DNA of 64,000 nucleotides from Candidatus Gallimonas merdigallinarum (GCA_944346365.1 CALVMN010000004.1:3135-67134); one strand, 5' to 3'; counted from the stretch's first letter, positions 43,379-52,320 are shown. Notes: a model not told the origin generated them from the sequence alone. Numbers and translations are program-made.

Positions 43379-44543
43379 TGTTCCCATCGGTCGGGTTCTG
43401 CGGCGGCGTTGTCTGTCCGGATGCGGAAGAGCCCGTCGTGTTCGGTGCCCCCGTTTGCGGGGCGGCAGGAGTTTCCGTCGCGTCCGGTGCGCCCGCTTGC
43501 GGCGCGTAATATCCGTACGCGGGAGCCTGCCGCCCGTCCGGATTCTGCGCTGCGTTCGGCTGCGGGTAGCTGGCGGGGTAGGGATAATATCCGTAGGGCG
43601 ACTGTGCTGTGCCTTGCGGAAGCTGATTCTGCTGCGCTGCGGCAACGGAATGCTGCCGTGCGGCTGAAAGTTCGGGGAACGGCTCTTCAAGGGGCGATTG
43701 CGGCGCAACGGGCGGCGTATCGTATTCCTCGTGCAGGATATCCGTACGGATTCGGCTCTTAAAGATTGCAGCTGCGATTTGCAGCGTGATCGCGGCGAGT
43801 GCAAGAACCGCAAGAAACCATAGCCATCCTGAAACGCCAGTCATGAGCGAAAAGTAACTTACGGTGTAGTTCGTGTATCCGTTACCGCTCGTCGTGAGTG
43901 AAATGAGTACGCTGATTAACGCCATAGCGATATAGATAGAGAATATAGCGTCAAGGCTGCCCATCCATGATCCGCGCTGTTTGTGCCACCCGCTCTCGGA
44001 ATCCCGCCGCCATTTTATTTTATCGTACATATGAATGGCGTAGTTTTCAGTGGAGACCGTGCGATACAGTGTAACTGCGATCAGAACGACGATGCCCGCC
44101 GCACCGATGGCAAGTGCGATAATGGCGACCGTTCCCGCCATTCCTGCGGCGTTTGCCGCCGTCTCCGCCACGTCCTTGGGCGGCAGATGGGCGGAATCCT
44201 CCCCGTTTCCGATATTTCCCGAGCCGTTTTCCGGGAATGCATCGAGAATCGGATTGCGCCCTGCGTAGGCTTCGTCAAAAATTGAAAAACTGAAGCTGAA
44301 AGCGTTTTCATCGAAGAGCCAATTGCCGCTCTCTGCAATATCGTGCAGTTTCGGCAGGGTGGAGGGGGAAAAGAGTGCAGCCTGTGCCTGCTCTTCGTCC
44401 ATTTTTGTGAAGTCAACGCGGAACACGGGCAGAAAAATGAGCAGGATCAGCATCAGAAACACGATAAAGTATGTCGCTAATTTGAAGATCCCGTGCTTTT
44501 TCCAGCGCGGTTCGTACTTCATATAGGGTTTGTGTACTTCCAT
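43374..44543 (-). CDS. Four-TM membrane protein with a Pro/Gln/Tyr/Ala-rich C-terminal tail (hypothetical)
   Basis: Start MEVHKPYMKYEPRWKK at 44543 after the AAGGAGAG SD. Low-complexity tail ...SPYGYYPYPASYPQPNAAQNPDGRQAPAYGYYAPQAG... Confidence 0.65.
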   Translation of the reverse strand: MEVHKPYMKYEPRWKKHGIFKLATYFIVFLMLILLIFLPVFRVDFTKMDEEQAQAALFSPSTLPKLHDIAESGNWLFDENAFSFSFSIFDEAYAGRNPILDAFPENGSGNIGNGEDSAHLPPKDVAETAANAAGMAGTVAIIALAIGAAGIVVLIAVTLYRTVSTENYAIHMYDKIKWRRDSESGWHKQRGSWMGSLDAIFSIYIAMALISVLISLTTSGNGYTNYTVSYFSLMTGVSGWLWFLAVLALAAITLQIAAAIFKSRIRTDILHEEYDTPPVAPQSPLEEPFPELSAARQHSVAAAQQNQLPQGTAQSPYGYYPYPASYPQPNAAQNPDGRQAPAYGYYAPQAGAPDATETPAAPQTGAPNTTGSSASGQTTPPQNPTDGNK

Positions 44544-44574
44544 GGTAATCTCTCCTTTTGATATGTGTATAGAT

Positions 44575-44603
44575 ATTATATAGGAAAATTTCCTATAAGT
44601 CAA
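44575..44603 (-). promoter_or_regulatory. Consensus promoter with an embedded palindromic operator
   Basis: Minus strand: TTGACT (44603-598), 17 nt, TATAAT (44580-575). The spacer is the palindrome ATAGGAAA-A-TTTCCTAT (44580-44596). Confidence 0.6.
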
Positions 44604-44649
44604 CAATTTCATAGAAAAAAATCCTATATTCCATACTAAGGAAAAGGGT

Positions 44650-44862
44650 ATGGAACTTGCAAAAACTGTAGGAGACAATTTGAAAGCCGCACGGCAGGCA
44701 AAGGGCATTACGCAGAAGCAGATCGCTGCGGAACTCAATAAGTACCAGTCCGATTACAGCGATTACGAGACGGGCAAAGTACAGCTTGACTACGAAAAGA
44801 TCGTATATCTTTGCCACAGGCTAGATATTACTCCGAACGATTTGTTCGGGTTTGACAGTTAA
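44650..44862 (+). CDS. XRE-family HTH transcriptional regulator
   Basis: MELAKTVGDNLKAARQAKGITQKQIAAELNKYQSDYSDYETGKVQLDYEKIVYLCHRLDITPNDLF. Confidence 0.85.
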   Translation: MELAKTVGDNLKAARQAKGITQKQIAAELNKYQSDYSDYETGKVQLDYEKIVYLCHRLDITPNDLFGFDS

Positions 44863-44925
44863 CTTTTTTCTGCCGGAATTTACAGTGCGGAAGGGATTAT
44901 GCCTGTTTGCCGCCGCCCGAAATCG

Positions 44926-44954
44926 TTGCAATCGGCGGGCGGGTATGCTATAAT
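44926..44954 (+). promoter_or_regulatory. Promoter of the HTH-membrane protein gene
   Basis: TTGCAA (44926-31), 17 nt, TGc-TATAAT (-10 at 44949-54). Confidence 0.5.
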
Positions 44955-44984
44955 TTTTTCATACTTTTCATAGAGGACAGGTTC

Positions 44985-45749
44985 ATGTTATCGGACGAAA
45001 TCAAACAACTCAGACTGCAAAATAAACTTTCTCAAAGCGAACTCGGCGTCATCTGCAACGTTACGCGGCAGACGGTCGCCAAATGGGAAAAGGGAGAGAC
45101 CACGCCCAAGACGGAAGCGCTCGCGTATTTGTGCAAGTATTTCGGGCTGGAAATCAGCGATTTTACCAACGAACTTGCCGACCCCGAAATGGTCGCCGCA
45201 CTCCGCAAACACGTTCCGCGTGCGGAGGAGCGCGCCGCAGGGGTATCGCCCGTGCAGGCGGAAGGGGAGGCTTACGAAAAGAACGCAGTCCCGTCCGCAG
45301 CAAAGCCGTGCCGCAATCGCGTATCGGCTGCGGGAATTGTTTTGCAGGAAGAAACATTTACGTCCGCGGAGCCGTTGCAGGAAGAAACTGCTCTTACTGT
45401 GTCTGATCCGAAGGCTTCGGAAGATCTTACGAAATCTGCTTCGGCGGTTCCGCCTGCGTCGCGCTCTTTTGTGTGGCGCGTCTTTACAGTGATCGTCACG
45501 ATCGCGCTCGCCGTCGGCGCACTCTGTATGGGGATCGCGGCATTCTCTGCGGGCATAGTCGTGTTTACCGATAATCTCGGGGACGTTGCGGCGAACAATT
45601 ACGGGTACGACCTTTCAAATTTCGTGACCTTTCTCGTTTGTGCGGTCATTCTTGCCGCGGCGGCGGTGATCGCGCCGTTTGCCGCGCGCAGATTGGCAAA
45701 GAAACGTACGCGCCGCGCCGACGAATCGTTTGTCGGACAGCCCGTATAA
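44985..45749 (+). CDS. XRE HTH domain protein with C-terminal transmembrane segments
   Basis: MLSDEIKQLRLQNKLSQSELGVICNVTRQTVAKWEKGETTPKTEALAYLCKYF..., then a long linker and two hydrophobic segments near the C-terminus. Confidence 0.7.
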   Translation: MLSDEIKQLRLQNKLSQSELGVICNVTRQTVAKWEKGETTPKTEALAYLCKYFGLEISDFTNELADPEMVAALRKHVPRAEERAAGVSPVQAEGEAYEKNAVPSAAKPCRNRVSAAGIVLQEETFTSAEPLQEETALTVSDPKASEDLTKSASAVPPASRSFVWRVFTVIVTIALAVGALCMGIAAFSAGIVVFTDNLGDVAANNYGYDLSNFVTFLVCAVILAAAAVIAPFAARRLAKKRTRRADESFVGQPV

Positions 45750-45768
45750 AACAGCTTATATCAGGCGC

Positions 45769-45799
45769 CGCGCCCGCGAAAGTTTCTTTCGCGGGCGCG
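45769..45799 (+). terminator. Terminator-like hairpin
   Basis: CGCGCCCGCGAAAG-TTT-CTTTCGCGGGCGCG followed by TCTGTTGTG. Confidence 0.6.
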
Positions 45800-45868
45800 C
45801 GTCTGTTGTGGCGGCAGCGTCTTCGTGCAGAGAGAATAGCAGACCGGAAAGCGCGCAGTGCAGAAAGA

Positions 45869-45896
45869 ACGGGGAGCCGATAAAGCGGCTCCCCGT
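45869..45896 (-). terminator. Terminator of the YegP-domain gene
   Basis: ACGGGGAGCCG-ATAAAG-CGGCTCCCCGT. On the minus strand it is followed by TCTTTCT. Confidence 0.6.
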
Positions 45897-45916
45897 AAAT
45901 TTTGCTTGTGATGAAA

Positions 45917-46792
45917 TCAGTCTTCCGCGACTTCGATCGCAGCCGATGCGCTCCAGCGCTTGGTGGATTCTACGGCGTTCTCACAGTTGATCTGCGTATC
46001 ATAGTTGGAACTCACGCAGAGGAGCCGTTTCTGGGCGTTCAGCAGACGGAAGATATAGTCTCCTGCCTTCGTCTTGACGACGGCAAAGTTCCCCGCCTCA
46101 ATGTTCTTCTTGTAGGTGGAGATCCCGTTCTTTGCGCCTGCGACGGTGGAGTATTCTCCGCTGACGAGCATGATCTCGCCGTTGGAAGCGCGCAGCTCGA
46201 AGTGATACGCGCCGCTGTCTCCCGTGCGGATGATCCATTTTCCGACAGGTCCGCGTTTCACAGCCGTATTCCTGGGCGCGGCTGCTTTCTTGGGTGCAGT
46301 CGTCGTCTTTTTCGGAACAGATTTCTTTTCGGTATTTTTCATGGCATCTTCCTCCGTTACCTTTTCTTCCGGAACAGCCGCGGACACGGGTTCTGTCGGC
46401 GCGACGGGGGCAGGCTCCGCAACGGGAACTTCCGCAATCACGGGAGCTTCCTCCGCTTCGGGTTCGGGGTCGGGCGCAGGCTCGGGAAGAACTTCTTCCC
46501 CGGCAGGCTCTGCCGCAATCTCTTCCTTGGGCGATTCTTCTGCAGCCGTCTCGGCAACCGGTTCGAGCGCGGGTTCTGCCGAAGTTTCGTCGGGCAGGGC
46601 GGGCGCCTCTTCCTCTGCGGGGGCGGCGGCTTCCTCTGCGCGCTTCTGCTTCTTATACTTCACGGACATCACGATCATGGTGATGACGAGCGCAATGATA
46701 AGAACGATGATGACCCCGAGAATGATGGTCAGCGGCAGATGTTCTTTGAGGTAATCGAGAAACGTTGTTTGGGCATTGAGCAATCCGATCAT
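45917..46792 (-). CDS. Membrane-anchored protein with a Pro/Glu/Ala-rich linker and tandem YegP (DUF1508) domains
   Basis: TM segment LPLTIILGVIIVLIIALVITMIVM, then an acidic PE-rich linker. GAYHFELRASNGEIMLVSGEYSTVAGAKNGISTYKKN and GDYIFRLLNAQKRLLCVSSNYDTQINCENAVESTKR resemble YegP repeats. Confidence 0.7.
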   Translation of the reverse strand: MIGLLNAQTTFLDYLKEHLPLTIILGVIIVLIIALVITMIVMSVKYKKQKRAEEAAAPAEEEAPALPDETSAEPALEPVAETAAEESPKEEIAAEPAGEEVLPEPAPDPEPEAEEAPVIAEVPVAEPAPVAPTEPVSAAVPEEKVTEEDAMKNTEKKSVPKKTTTAPKKAAAPRNTAVKRGPVGKWIIRTGDSGAYHFELRASNGEIMLVSGEYSTVAGAKNGISTYKKNIEAGNFAVVKTKAGDYIFRLLNAQKRLLCVSSNYDTQINCENAVESTKRWSASAAIEVAED

Positions 46793-46852
46793 AAAATTTT
46801 ACTCCTTTGAATTTATTCTATTTTATCACGAAAATTCGCGCGGGTCAATACA

Positions 46853-46881
46853 TTGACAAAACTTTTTCTATGCGTTATCAT
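46853..46881 (+). promoter_or_regulatory. Promoter with leaderless-type geometry
   Basis: TTGACA (46853-58), 17 nt, TATCAT (46876-81). The ATG at 46888 begins 7 nt after the -10, with no SD. Confidence 0.5.
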
Positions 46882-46887
46882 AAGAAT

Positions 46888-48021
46888 ATGGTGAAAAATT
46901 CTGTAATCGGGGGCGGCGCGGCAGGTCTGGCGTGCGCCGTCATGCTAGCCCGCGCGGGCAGAGAGGTCATTTTGATCGAACGTGGAGACCGCCTCGGGCG
47001 CAAACTTTCCGCAACGGGCAACGGGCAGGGCAACGTGACGAATACGCACGTTTCGTCCGATCACTATTTTTCGGACGATCGGAATAACGTCGCACGCGTG
47101 CTCGCGCGCTTTTCGTGGGAAGACGCTGTGCGCTTTTTAGAGAGTATGGGCGGCGTGTTTCTGCCCGATACGCGCGGCAGGGTATATCCTGCGGGGCGGC
47201 AGGCGTCGGCGGTGACCGACCTTCTGCGCCGCGAGCTTGCACGCCTCGGGGTGAGCGTTCGGACGGGCGCGCGTGTGACCGCGCTTTCCCATGACGGCGG
47301 GGCGTTCCGCATCGCATGGGAGGGCGGCGAAACACGTGCGGAAAACGTCGTGCTTGCGGCGGGCGGCTGCGCCGCGCCCAACTTCGGCACGGACGGCTCG
47401 GCGTACGCCCTTGCGAAAGGTTTCGGGCATACCGTGACCGCGCTCTCGCCCGTTCTGGTGCGCCTGCGCACCGATCCCGCCGCCGTGCGCGGGCTCAAAG
47501 GGATCCGCGTGGACGCGGGGCTGCAAGTCGTCCGCAGGGGCGTTGAACGCTACTCCTGTCGCGGCGACGTGCTGTTTACCGAAAACGGCGTTTCGGGCGA
47601 CGCGGTGTTCCGCGCCTCCTCATATGCCGAAAAGGGGGATACGCTGCTCATCGATTTCCTGCCCGACGTTTCCGCGGCGCGCCTTGCCTCCGCCGTGGGG
47701 GAGGGGGAGGACGGGCTGTTGTGCGTCGTCAACAACGGACTCGGGCGGCAGCTTTTCCGCCGTGCCGACGGCGACCGCGCCAGGGTGCTCGCCCTGTTGA
47801 AGGGATTCCCACTCACCGTGACGGGCGCGCTCGGGTTCGACTGCGCGCAGGCGACGCGGGGCGGTATTCCGCTTCGCGAGACGGACGAACATCTCATGAG
47901 CAGGTTTCGCCGCGGGCTGTACTTCGCGGGGGAGATCCTGAACGCGGACGGCGAGTGCGGGGGATACAATCTGCATTGGGCATGGGCGTCCGCGCACGCG
48001 GTATCGGAGGCGCTGATATGA
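46888..48021 (+). CDS. HI0933/BaiN-like NAD(P)/FAD-dependent oxidoreductase
   Basis: MVKNSVIGGGAAGLACAVMLARAGREVILIERGDRLGRKLSATGNGQGNVTN is the family N-terminus. Confidence 0.8.
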   Translation: MVKNSVIGGGAAGLACAVMLARAGREVILIERGDRLGRKLSATGNGQGNVTNTHVSSDHYFSDDRNNVARVLARFSWEDAVRFLESMGGVFLPDTRGRVYPAGRQASAVTDLLRRELARLGVSVRTGARVTALSHDGGAFRIAWEGGETRAENVVLAAGGCAAPNFGTDGSAYALAKGFGHTVTALSPVLVRLRTDPAAVRGLKGIRVDAGLQVVRRGVERYSCRGDVLFTENGVSGDAVFRASSYAEKGDTLLIDFLPDVSAARLASAVGEGEDGLLCVVNNGLGRQLFRRADGDRARVLALLKGFPLTVTGALGFDCAQATRGGIPLRETDEHLMSRFRRGLYFAGEILNADGECGGYNLHWAWASAHAVSEALI

Positions 48022-49535
48022 GAAAGACGTTTTCGGGACTGACGCTCCGCCCGCATCAGAAGGAGAGCTCGCTCGTTAAACTTTGCGAAAAGAAACTGCA
48101 CGCGCCCTGCCGATATTTTAAGATCCTGAAAAAATCGCTCGACGCGCGCGACAAAGCGGACATCAAATGGGTGTATACCGTGGAGTGCGGCACAGAGGCG
48201 TTCACGCCGCCGCCCCGCGTCTTTGAACAGGTAAAAACTGCGCCGAAAGCCGTCATCGTCGGGGCGGGACCCGCGGGGCTGTTCTGCGCGCTGCGGCTGC
48301 TGGATCACGGTGTGCGCCCCGTCGTTCTGGAACGCGGCAAGCGGGTGGAGGAGCGCGCGGAGGACGTAAAGCGCTTTTCCGGAACGGGCGTCCTCGACCC
48401 GTCCAGCAATATCCAATTCGGCGAGGGCGGCGCGGGCGCTTTTTCGGACGGCAAGCTCAACACGCAGACGAACAGTCCCCTCAACCGCGACGTGCTCGAA
48501 ACCTTCGTGCGGTTCGGTGCGCCGCAGGAGGTCGCCTACCTCGGAAAGCCGCACGTCGGGAGCGACAATCTTAAAAAGGTCGTCGCCAATATGCGCGAAT
48601 ACATTCTGTCGCAGGGCGGGGAGTTCCGCTTTTCGACTGCGCTCACCGATTTGAAGATCCAAGACGGAAAGCTCCGTTCCTTTACGGCGGGCGGACAGGA
48701 AGAGGAATGCGACGCTCTCGTGCTCGCCGTCGGGCACAGTGCGCGCGATACCTTCGAGATACTGTTTTCCCGCGGGTTTTCTATGGAACAGAAGGAGTTC
48801 GCGGTGGGGGTGCGTATCGAGCACCTGCAATCGGCGATCAGCCGCGCGCAGTACGGGTCGGGTTACGAGGCGCTGCCGCCTGCCGACTATAAGCTCGTTT
48901 CCCACGCCTCCGATCGGGCGGTATTTACCTTCTGTATGTGTCCGGGCGGCGTCGTCGTGCCGGCGGCGAGCGAAGAGAGCGGCGTGGCGGTCAACGGCAT
49001 GAGCGACTACGCCCGCGCGGGCAGAAACGCCAATTCCGCGCTCGTCGTGCAGGTGCGGAAAGCCGATTTCGGCGGCGATCATCCGCTGGCGGGCATCGCC
49101 TTTCAGCGCAAGCTGGAACGCGCGGCTTTCGCGGCGGCGGGCGGCGGATATAAAGCGCCCGTGCAGCTCGTGGGCGATTTCCTTGCCGACCGCGAAAGTT
49201 ACTACTTCGGGGCGGTAAAACCGACGTATGCGCCCGCTGTGTCGTTCGTTCCCATGCAGGCGCTCTTCCCGCGCGCCCTGACCGACGCGCTCAAAGCGGC
49301 GCTGCCCGACCTTGATGCGAAACTCAGCGGATTTGCGGCATACGAGAGCGTTCTGACGGGCGTGGAATCGCGCACGAGTTCCCCCGTGCGCATCGTGCGC
49401 GGCGCGGATATGCAGGCGGCGGGGATCGCGGGCGTATATCCGTGCGGAGAGGGCTGCGGGTACGCGGGCGGGATCACCTCTGCCGCGGCAGACGGGCTGC
49501 GCGTGGCGGAAGCGATCGTGCAAAGATATCTCTGA
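48018..49535 (+). CDS. FAD-dependent protein (COG2509-like oxidoreductase)
   Basis: MRKTFSGLTL..., AVIVGAGPAGLFCALRL, FGEGGAGAFSDGKLNT and MCPGG motifs. ATGA overlap with the upstream gene. Confidence 0.8.
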   Translation: MRKTFSGLTLRPHQKESSLVKLCEKKLHAPCRYFKILKKSLDARDKADIKWVYTVECGTEAFTPPPRVFEQVKTAPKAVIVGAGPAGLFCALRLLDHGVRPVVLERGKRVEERAEDVKRFSGTGVLDPSSNIQFGEGGAGAFSDGKLNTQTNSPLNRDVLETFVRFGAPQEVAYLGKPHVGSDNLKKVVANMREYILSQGGEFRFSTALTDLKIQDGKLRSFTAGGQEEECDALVLAVGHSARDTFEILFSRGFSMEQKEFAVGVRIEHLQSAISRAQYGSGYEALPPADYKLVSHASDRAVFTFCMCPGGVVVPAASEESGVAVNGMSDYARAGRNANSALVVQVRKADFGGDHPLAGIAFQRKLERAAFAAAGGGYKAPVQLVGDFLADRESYYFGAVKPTYAPAVSFVPMQALFPRALTDALKAALPDLDAKLSGFAAYESVLTGVESRTSSPVRIVRGADMQAAGIAGVYPCGEGCGYAGGITSAAADGLRVAEAIVQRYL

Positions 49536-49937
49536 TGCGGTTTTATCGCGTTTTAATGGAGCTTTCACACGTTCAACACCAACGGCGTGTATGATAGAGA
49601 CGTAATCAAGGTTGCGGAGGAACTGCGGTTCCCATCCCCCCTCGGGTCCGTCCGATCCGGGGGCGGGGCAGCCGTCAATGCGTTTGCGCGGCGCCGCCGC
49701 AGGCGGAAGAAGCGCTCTCTGTGCGAACGTCCGGTTATGCCTACTCTCCACAATTTTTTCATATTCTCTCAAAGCGGGGCGTCTTCCACATTGCGGGAGG
49801 CGCCTTGCTTTTTATCATCGTTCCGCATGGATCGCGCGCAATCGTTCAAAATAAAATATGTGTTTGCATATTCGGCACGCAATACGAAAATTTTTTGCAT
49901 TTTCGCGAAAAAAAGCGTGAAATTTTTTTCGATTCTA

Positions 49938-49966
49938 TTGCAATGCGTAAAGATTTATGATAAAAT
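49938..49966 (+). promoter_or_regulatory. Promoter of the GH43 gene
   Basis: TTGCAA (49938-43), 17 nt, TGa-TAAAAT (-10 at 49961-66). Confidence 0.5.
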
Positions 49967-50000
49967 GTTGGAAACGAAATGTGTAAAGGGGTGTGAAGAC

Positions 50001-52307
50001 ATGAGAAAAATGCACAAAATCCTCGCGTTGGCGCTCGGCTCCGTGCTGAGCCTTTCCGCGTTTGCGGCGTGCGGAGGAGGGGATGTGAACTCCACCGGAG
50101 ATGCACAGAATTATCAGATTTGCTTTGATAATCTTGACGACAGCATTTCTCTCGATTCCTCCGTCACGCAGGTGGCGGTTGCGGACGCGAACGTCGTCGC
50201 CGCGTACGATGAGAACGGGAATCGGGTGGACGATTGGCAGAGCATCGCAACGTACGAGAACGGCGTCTTTACGGGAGTTTCGGCGGGCAGAGTCCGCTAT
50301 CAGCTTTCCGACGGGAGGACGGGCAGTGTTGAGGTTGTTGCCGCCTATCCCACCAATCCGAACTACGACTATGCGGGCAACGCGCTCGATTTCTCCGAGA
50401 CGGGGGAACAGGGTGAAAAGGTGCTCGGCTACACGCACGACCCTTCTTTGATCGAAGTACGCAACGACAGGGGGGAATCCATCTATTATATGTTCTCGAC
50501 GGGCTGGTCAAATACGAGCGCTTACGGCGGTCTGACCACGTACGGGAACGCGATCCACGTCTCCTACGACGGCATGAAGACGTGGGAATTCCTCGGCAGA
50601 ACGTTTGACTATGCGACCCGCGAAACGGAGGTTGTCAATTCCAAGATCGGCGAATGGCTGTACGGCGATTTCACGAGCCTGAACAACTTCTTTGAAGATC
50701 AGGACGATATGACCCCGGAAGCGATCAAGGCGGGCGCAAAGGAAATGGCTTCGTGGTGGGCGCCCGACATCGTGTCCAAACCAGACGGCAGCGGATATTG
50801 GCTTTATACCTGCGTCGTGGACGGCGCTCCTCAACTGGAGACGACGACGTCCGTCGGCGGCATTATGGTGGACGGCGAAACGTATACCCGCGCCTGCATT
50901 CTGCTGTACGAATCGGAGACGCTGGAACCGGGCAGTTTCAAGCCCGTCATGAAGGATAATCAGCCCGTCGTTCTGATGCAGTCGAGCATCGACGTCAGCC
51001 TGCCCATTCCGGACGCGGACGATCCCTCCGCCGACAGAAGATACTACGGCAACGTCAACGGCATCGACCCGCAGATCATCTATACGCCCGACGGCAAAAT
51101 GTACATGGCGTACGGTTCCTTTGGTTCGGGCAACTATATCCTCGAACTCGACCCCGCAACGGGTCTGCGCAAGGACGGTCAGAACAGCTGGCAGACGCAC
51201 GAGACGATTTTCGGGTACAGAGATCAGGTGGAGGAACTGTTCACCACCTATGAGGACGAGAACGGCAACGCGGTCGGCTGGTCGCACGACTACTACGGAA
51301 AGAATATTTCCAAGCAGTTCATGGAGGCGCCCGTCATCGCCCGTCACGACAACGTGACGGTCATGAATGAGAACGGAGAGATCGATCAGGAGAAATCCGG
51401 AAAGACGTATTATTATTCCATGCACTCCTACGATCCGCTTGCCGATAACTACCAGATGTGGGGCGGCAGAAGCGAGAACGTCATGGGGCTGTACACCTCC
51501 GTCAACGGCGGTATTGTCCGCAATATCGGAGCAGGCAACGAAAAGAACCAAGGCAACAAATATATGGGCTCTTTCAAGTGGACGAACAAGCCCGATGCAA
51601 GCCCCGAGCTTGACGCCATTCTGCCCGGGCATAACGACCTGTTCACGACGAACAGCGGCACGAACGTTGCGGCGTATATCACGCGCCAAAGCGGGGCGGC
51701 GGGGAGCTTTACCGTTCAGCTTCACCAGTACTATCTCAACAGCTACGGCGATATCTGTATCAACCCCAACCGCTATGCGGGCGAATCCACCCGCGGCGTT
51801 TCGGCGGACGAGCTCTTTACCTACACCGAGAAGGCGGGCGACTACTACAAGTTCGAGATGGTCGTTCTCACCAACAGCGGGCGTGACAATTCTGGCACCG
51901 TTTCGAGCGGCGATCTTAAGGCGGCGAACAAGTCCCGCACGGTGCTGCTTTCGAGAGACGAGGGCGGCAACACCGGTAAGATCTTTGAATCGACGGCGGG
52001 CGCAGACGGCGCGCTTTCGGCAGGCGAAGAGATCGGAACGTGGAAGATGTACGGCAACGGCTATATCAAGTTCGAGTTCCCCAATGAAACGCTGAAAGGC
52101 ACGGGAACGTACGACAGCGAAGAGAATGTGTATTACGGCGTTGTCCGCACGGCATGGCTCAACGATCAGAATAAGTCCGGTTTCACCATCACTTCGCTCG
52201 GGCATTCCAATTCGGTGCGCAGCATGGCAATGTTCATGAACAACTACTCCACCATTTCGGGCGACGGGCTTGTGGGTACGGATTATTCCGCCGAAACGAC
52301 CGACTGA
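50001..52307 (+). CDS. GH43-like glycoside hydrolase lipoprotein (arabinanase-type five-bladed propeller plus extra domains)
   Basis: Lipobox MRKMHKILALALGSVLSLSAFAAC. Catalytic-type motifs YTHDPS, WWAPDI, GIDPQI and MEAPVI. Confidence 0.75.
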   Translation: MRKMHKILALALGSVLSLSAFAACGGGDVNSTGDAQNYQICFDNLDDSISLDSSVTQVAVADANVVAAYDENGNRVDDWQSIATYENGVFTGVSAGRVRYQLSDGRTGSVEVVAAYPTNPNYDYAGNALDFSETGEQGEKVLGYTHDPSLIEVRNDRGESIYYMFSTGWSNTSAYGGLTTYGNAIHVSYDGMKTWEFLGRTFDYATRETEVVNSKIGEWLYGDFTSLNNFFEDQDDMTPEAIKAGAKEMASWWAPDIVSKPDGSGYWLYTCVVDGAPQLETTTSVGGIMVDGETYTRACILLYESETLEPGSFKPVMKDNQPVVLMQSSIDVSLPIPDADDPSADRRYYGNVNGIDPQIIYTPDGKMYMAYGSFGSGNYILELDPATGLRKDGQNSWQTHETIFGYRDQVEELFTTYEDENGNAVGWSHDYYGKNISKQFMEAPVIARHDNVTVMNENGEIDQEKSGKTYYYSMHSYDPLADNYQMWGGRSENVMGLYTSVNGGIVRNIGAGNEKNQGNKYMGSFKWTNKPDASPELDAILPGHNDLFTTNSGTNVAAYITRQSGAAGSFTVQLHQYYLNSYGDICINPNRYAGESTRGVSADELFTYTEKAGDYYKFEMVVLTNSGRDNSGTVSSGDLKAANKSRTVLLSRDEGGNTGKIFESTAGADGALSAGEEIGTWKMYGNGYIKFEFPNETLKGTGTYDSEENVYYGVVRTAWLNDQNKSGFTITSLGHSNSVRSMAMFMNNYSTISGDGLVGTDYSAETTD

Positions 52308-52320
52308 CGAAGAAAAGCAT

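Noticed and set aside
45902-46810. 302-aa plus-strand ORF
   Set aside because: It is antisense to the YegP-domain gene, which has a good SD, a TM helix and recognisable repeats. The plus-frame product is low-complexity Gly/Arg/Phe.
49565-49762. 65-aa Arg-rich minus-strand ORF in the unassigned spacer
   Set aside because: No family resemblance, a weak ribosome-binding context and a composition typical of non-coding GC-rich sequence. It is kept only as part of the unassigned-region finding.
47550-49772. 740-aa minus-strand ORF
   Set aside because: It is antisense to the two FAD oxidoreductase genes, which have clear dinucleotide-binding motifs. It is an Arg-rich shadow ORF.
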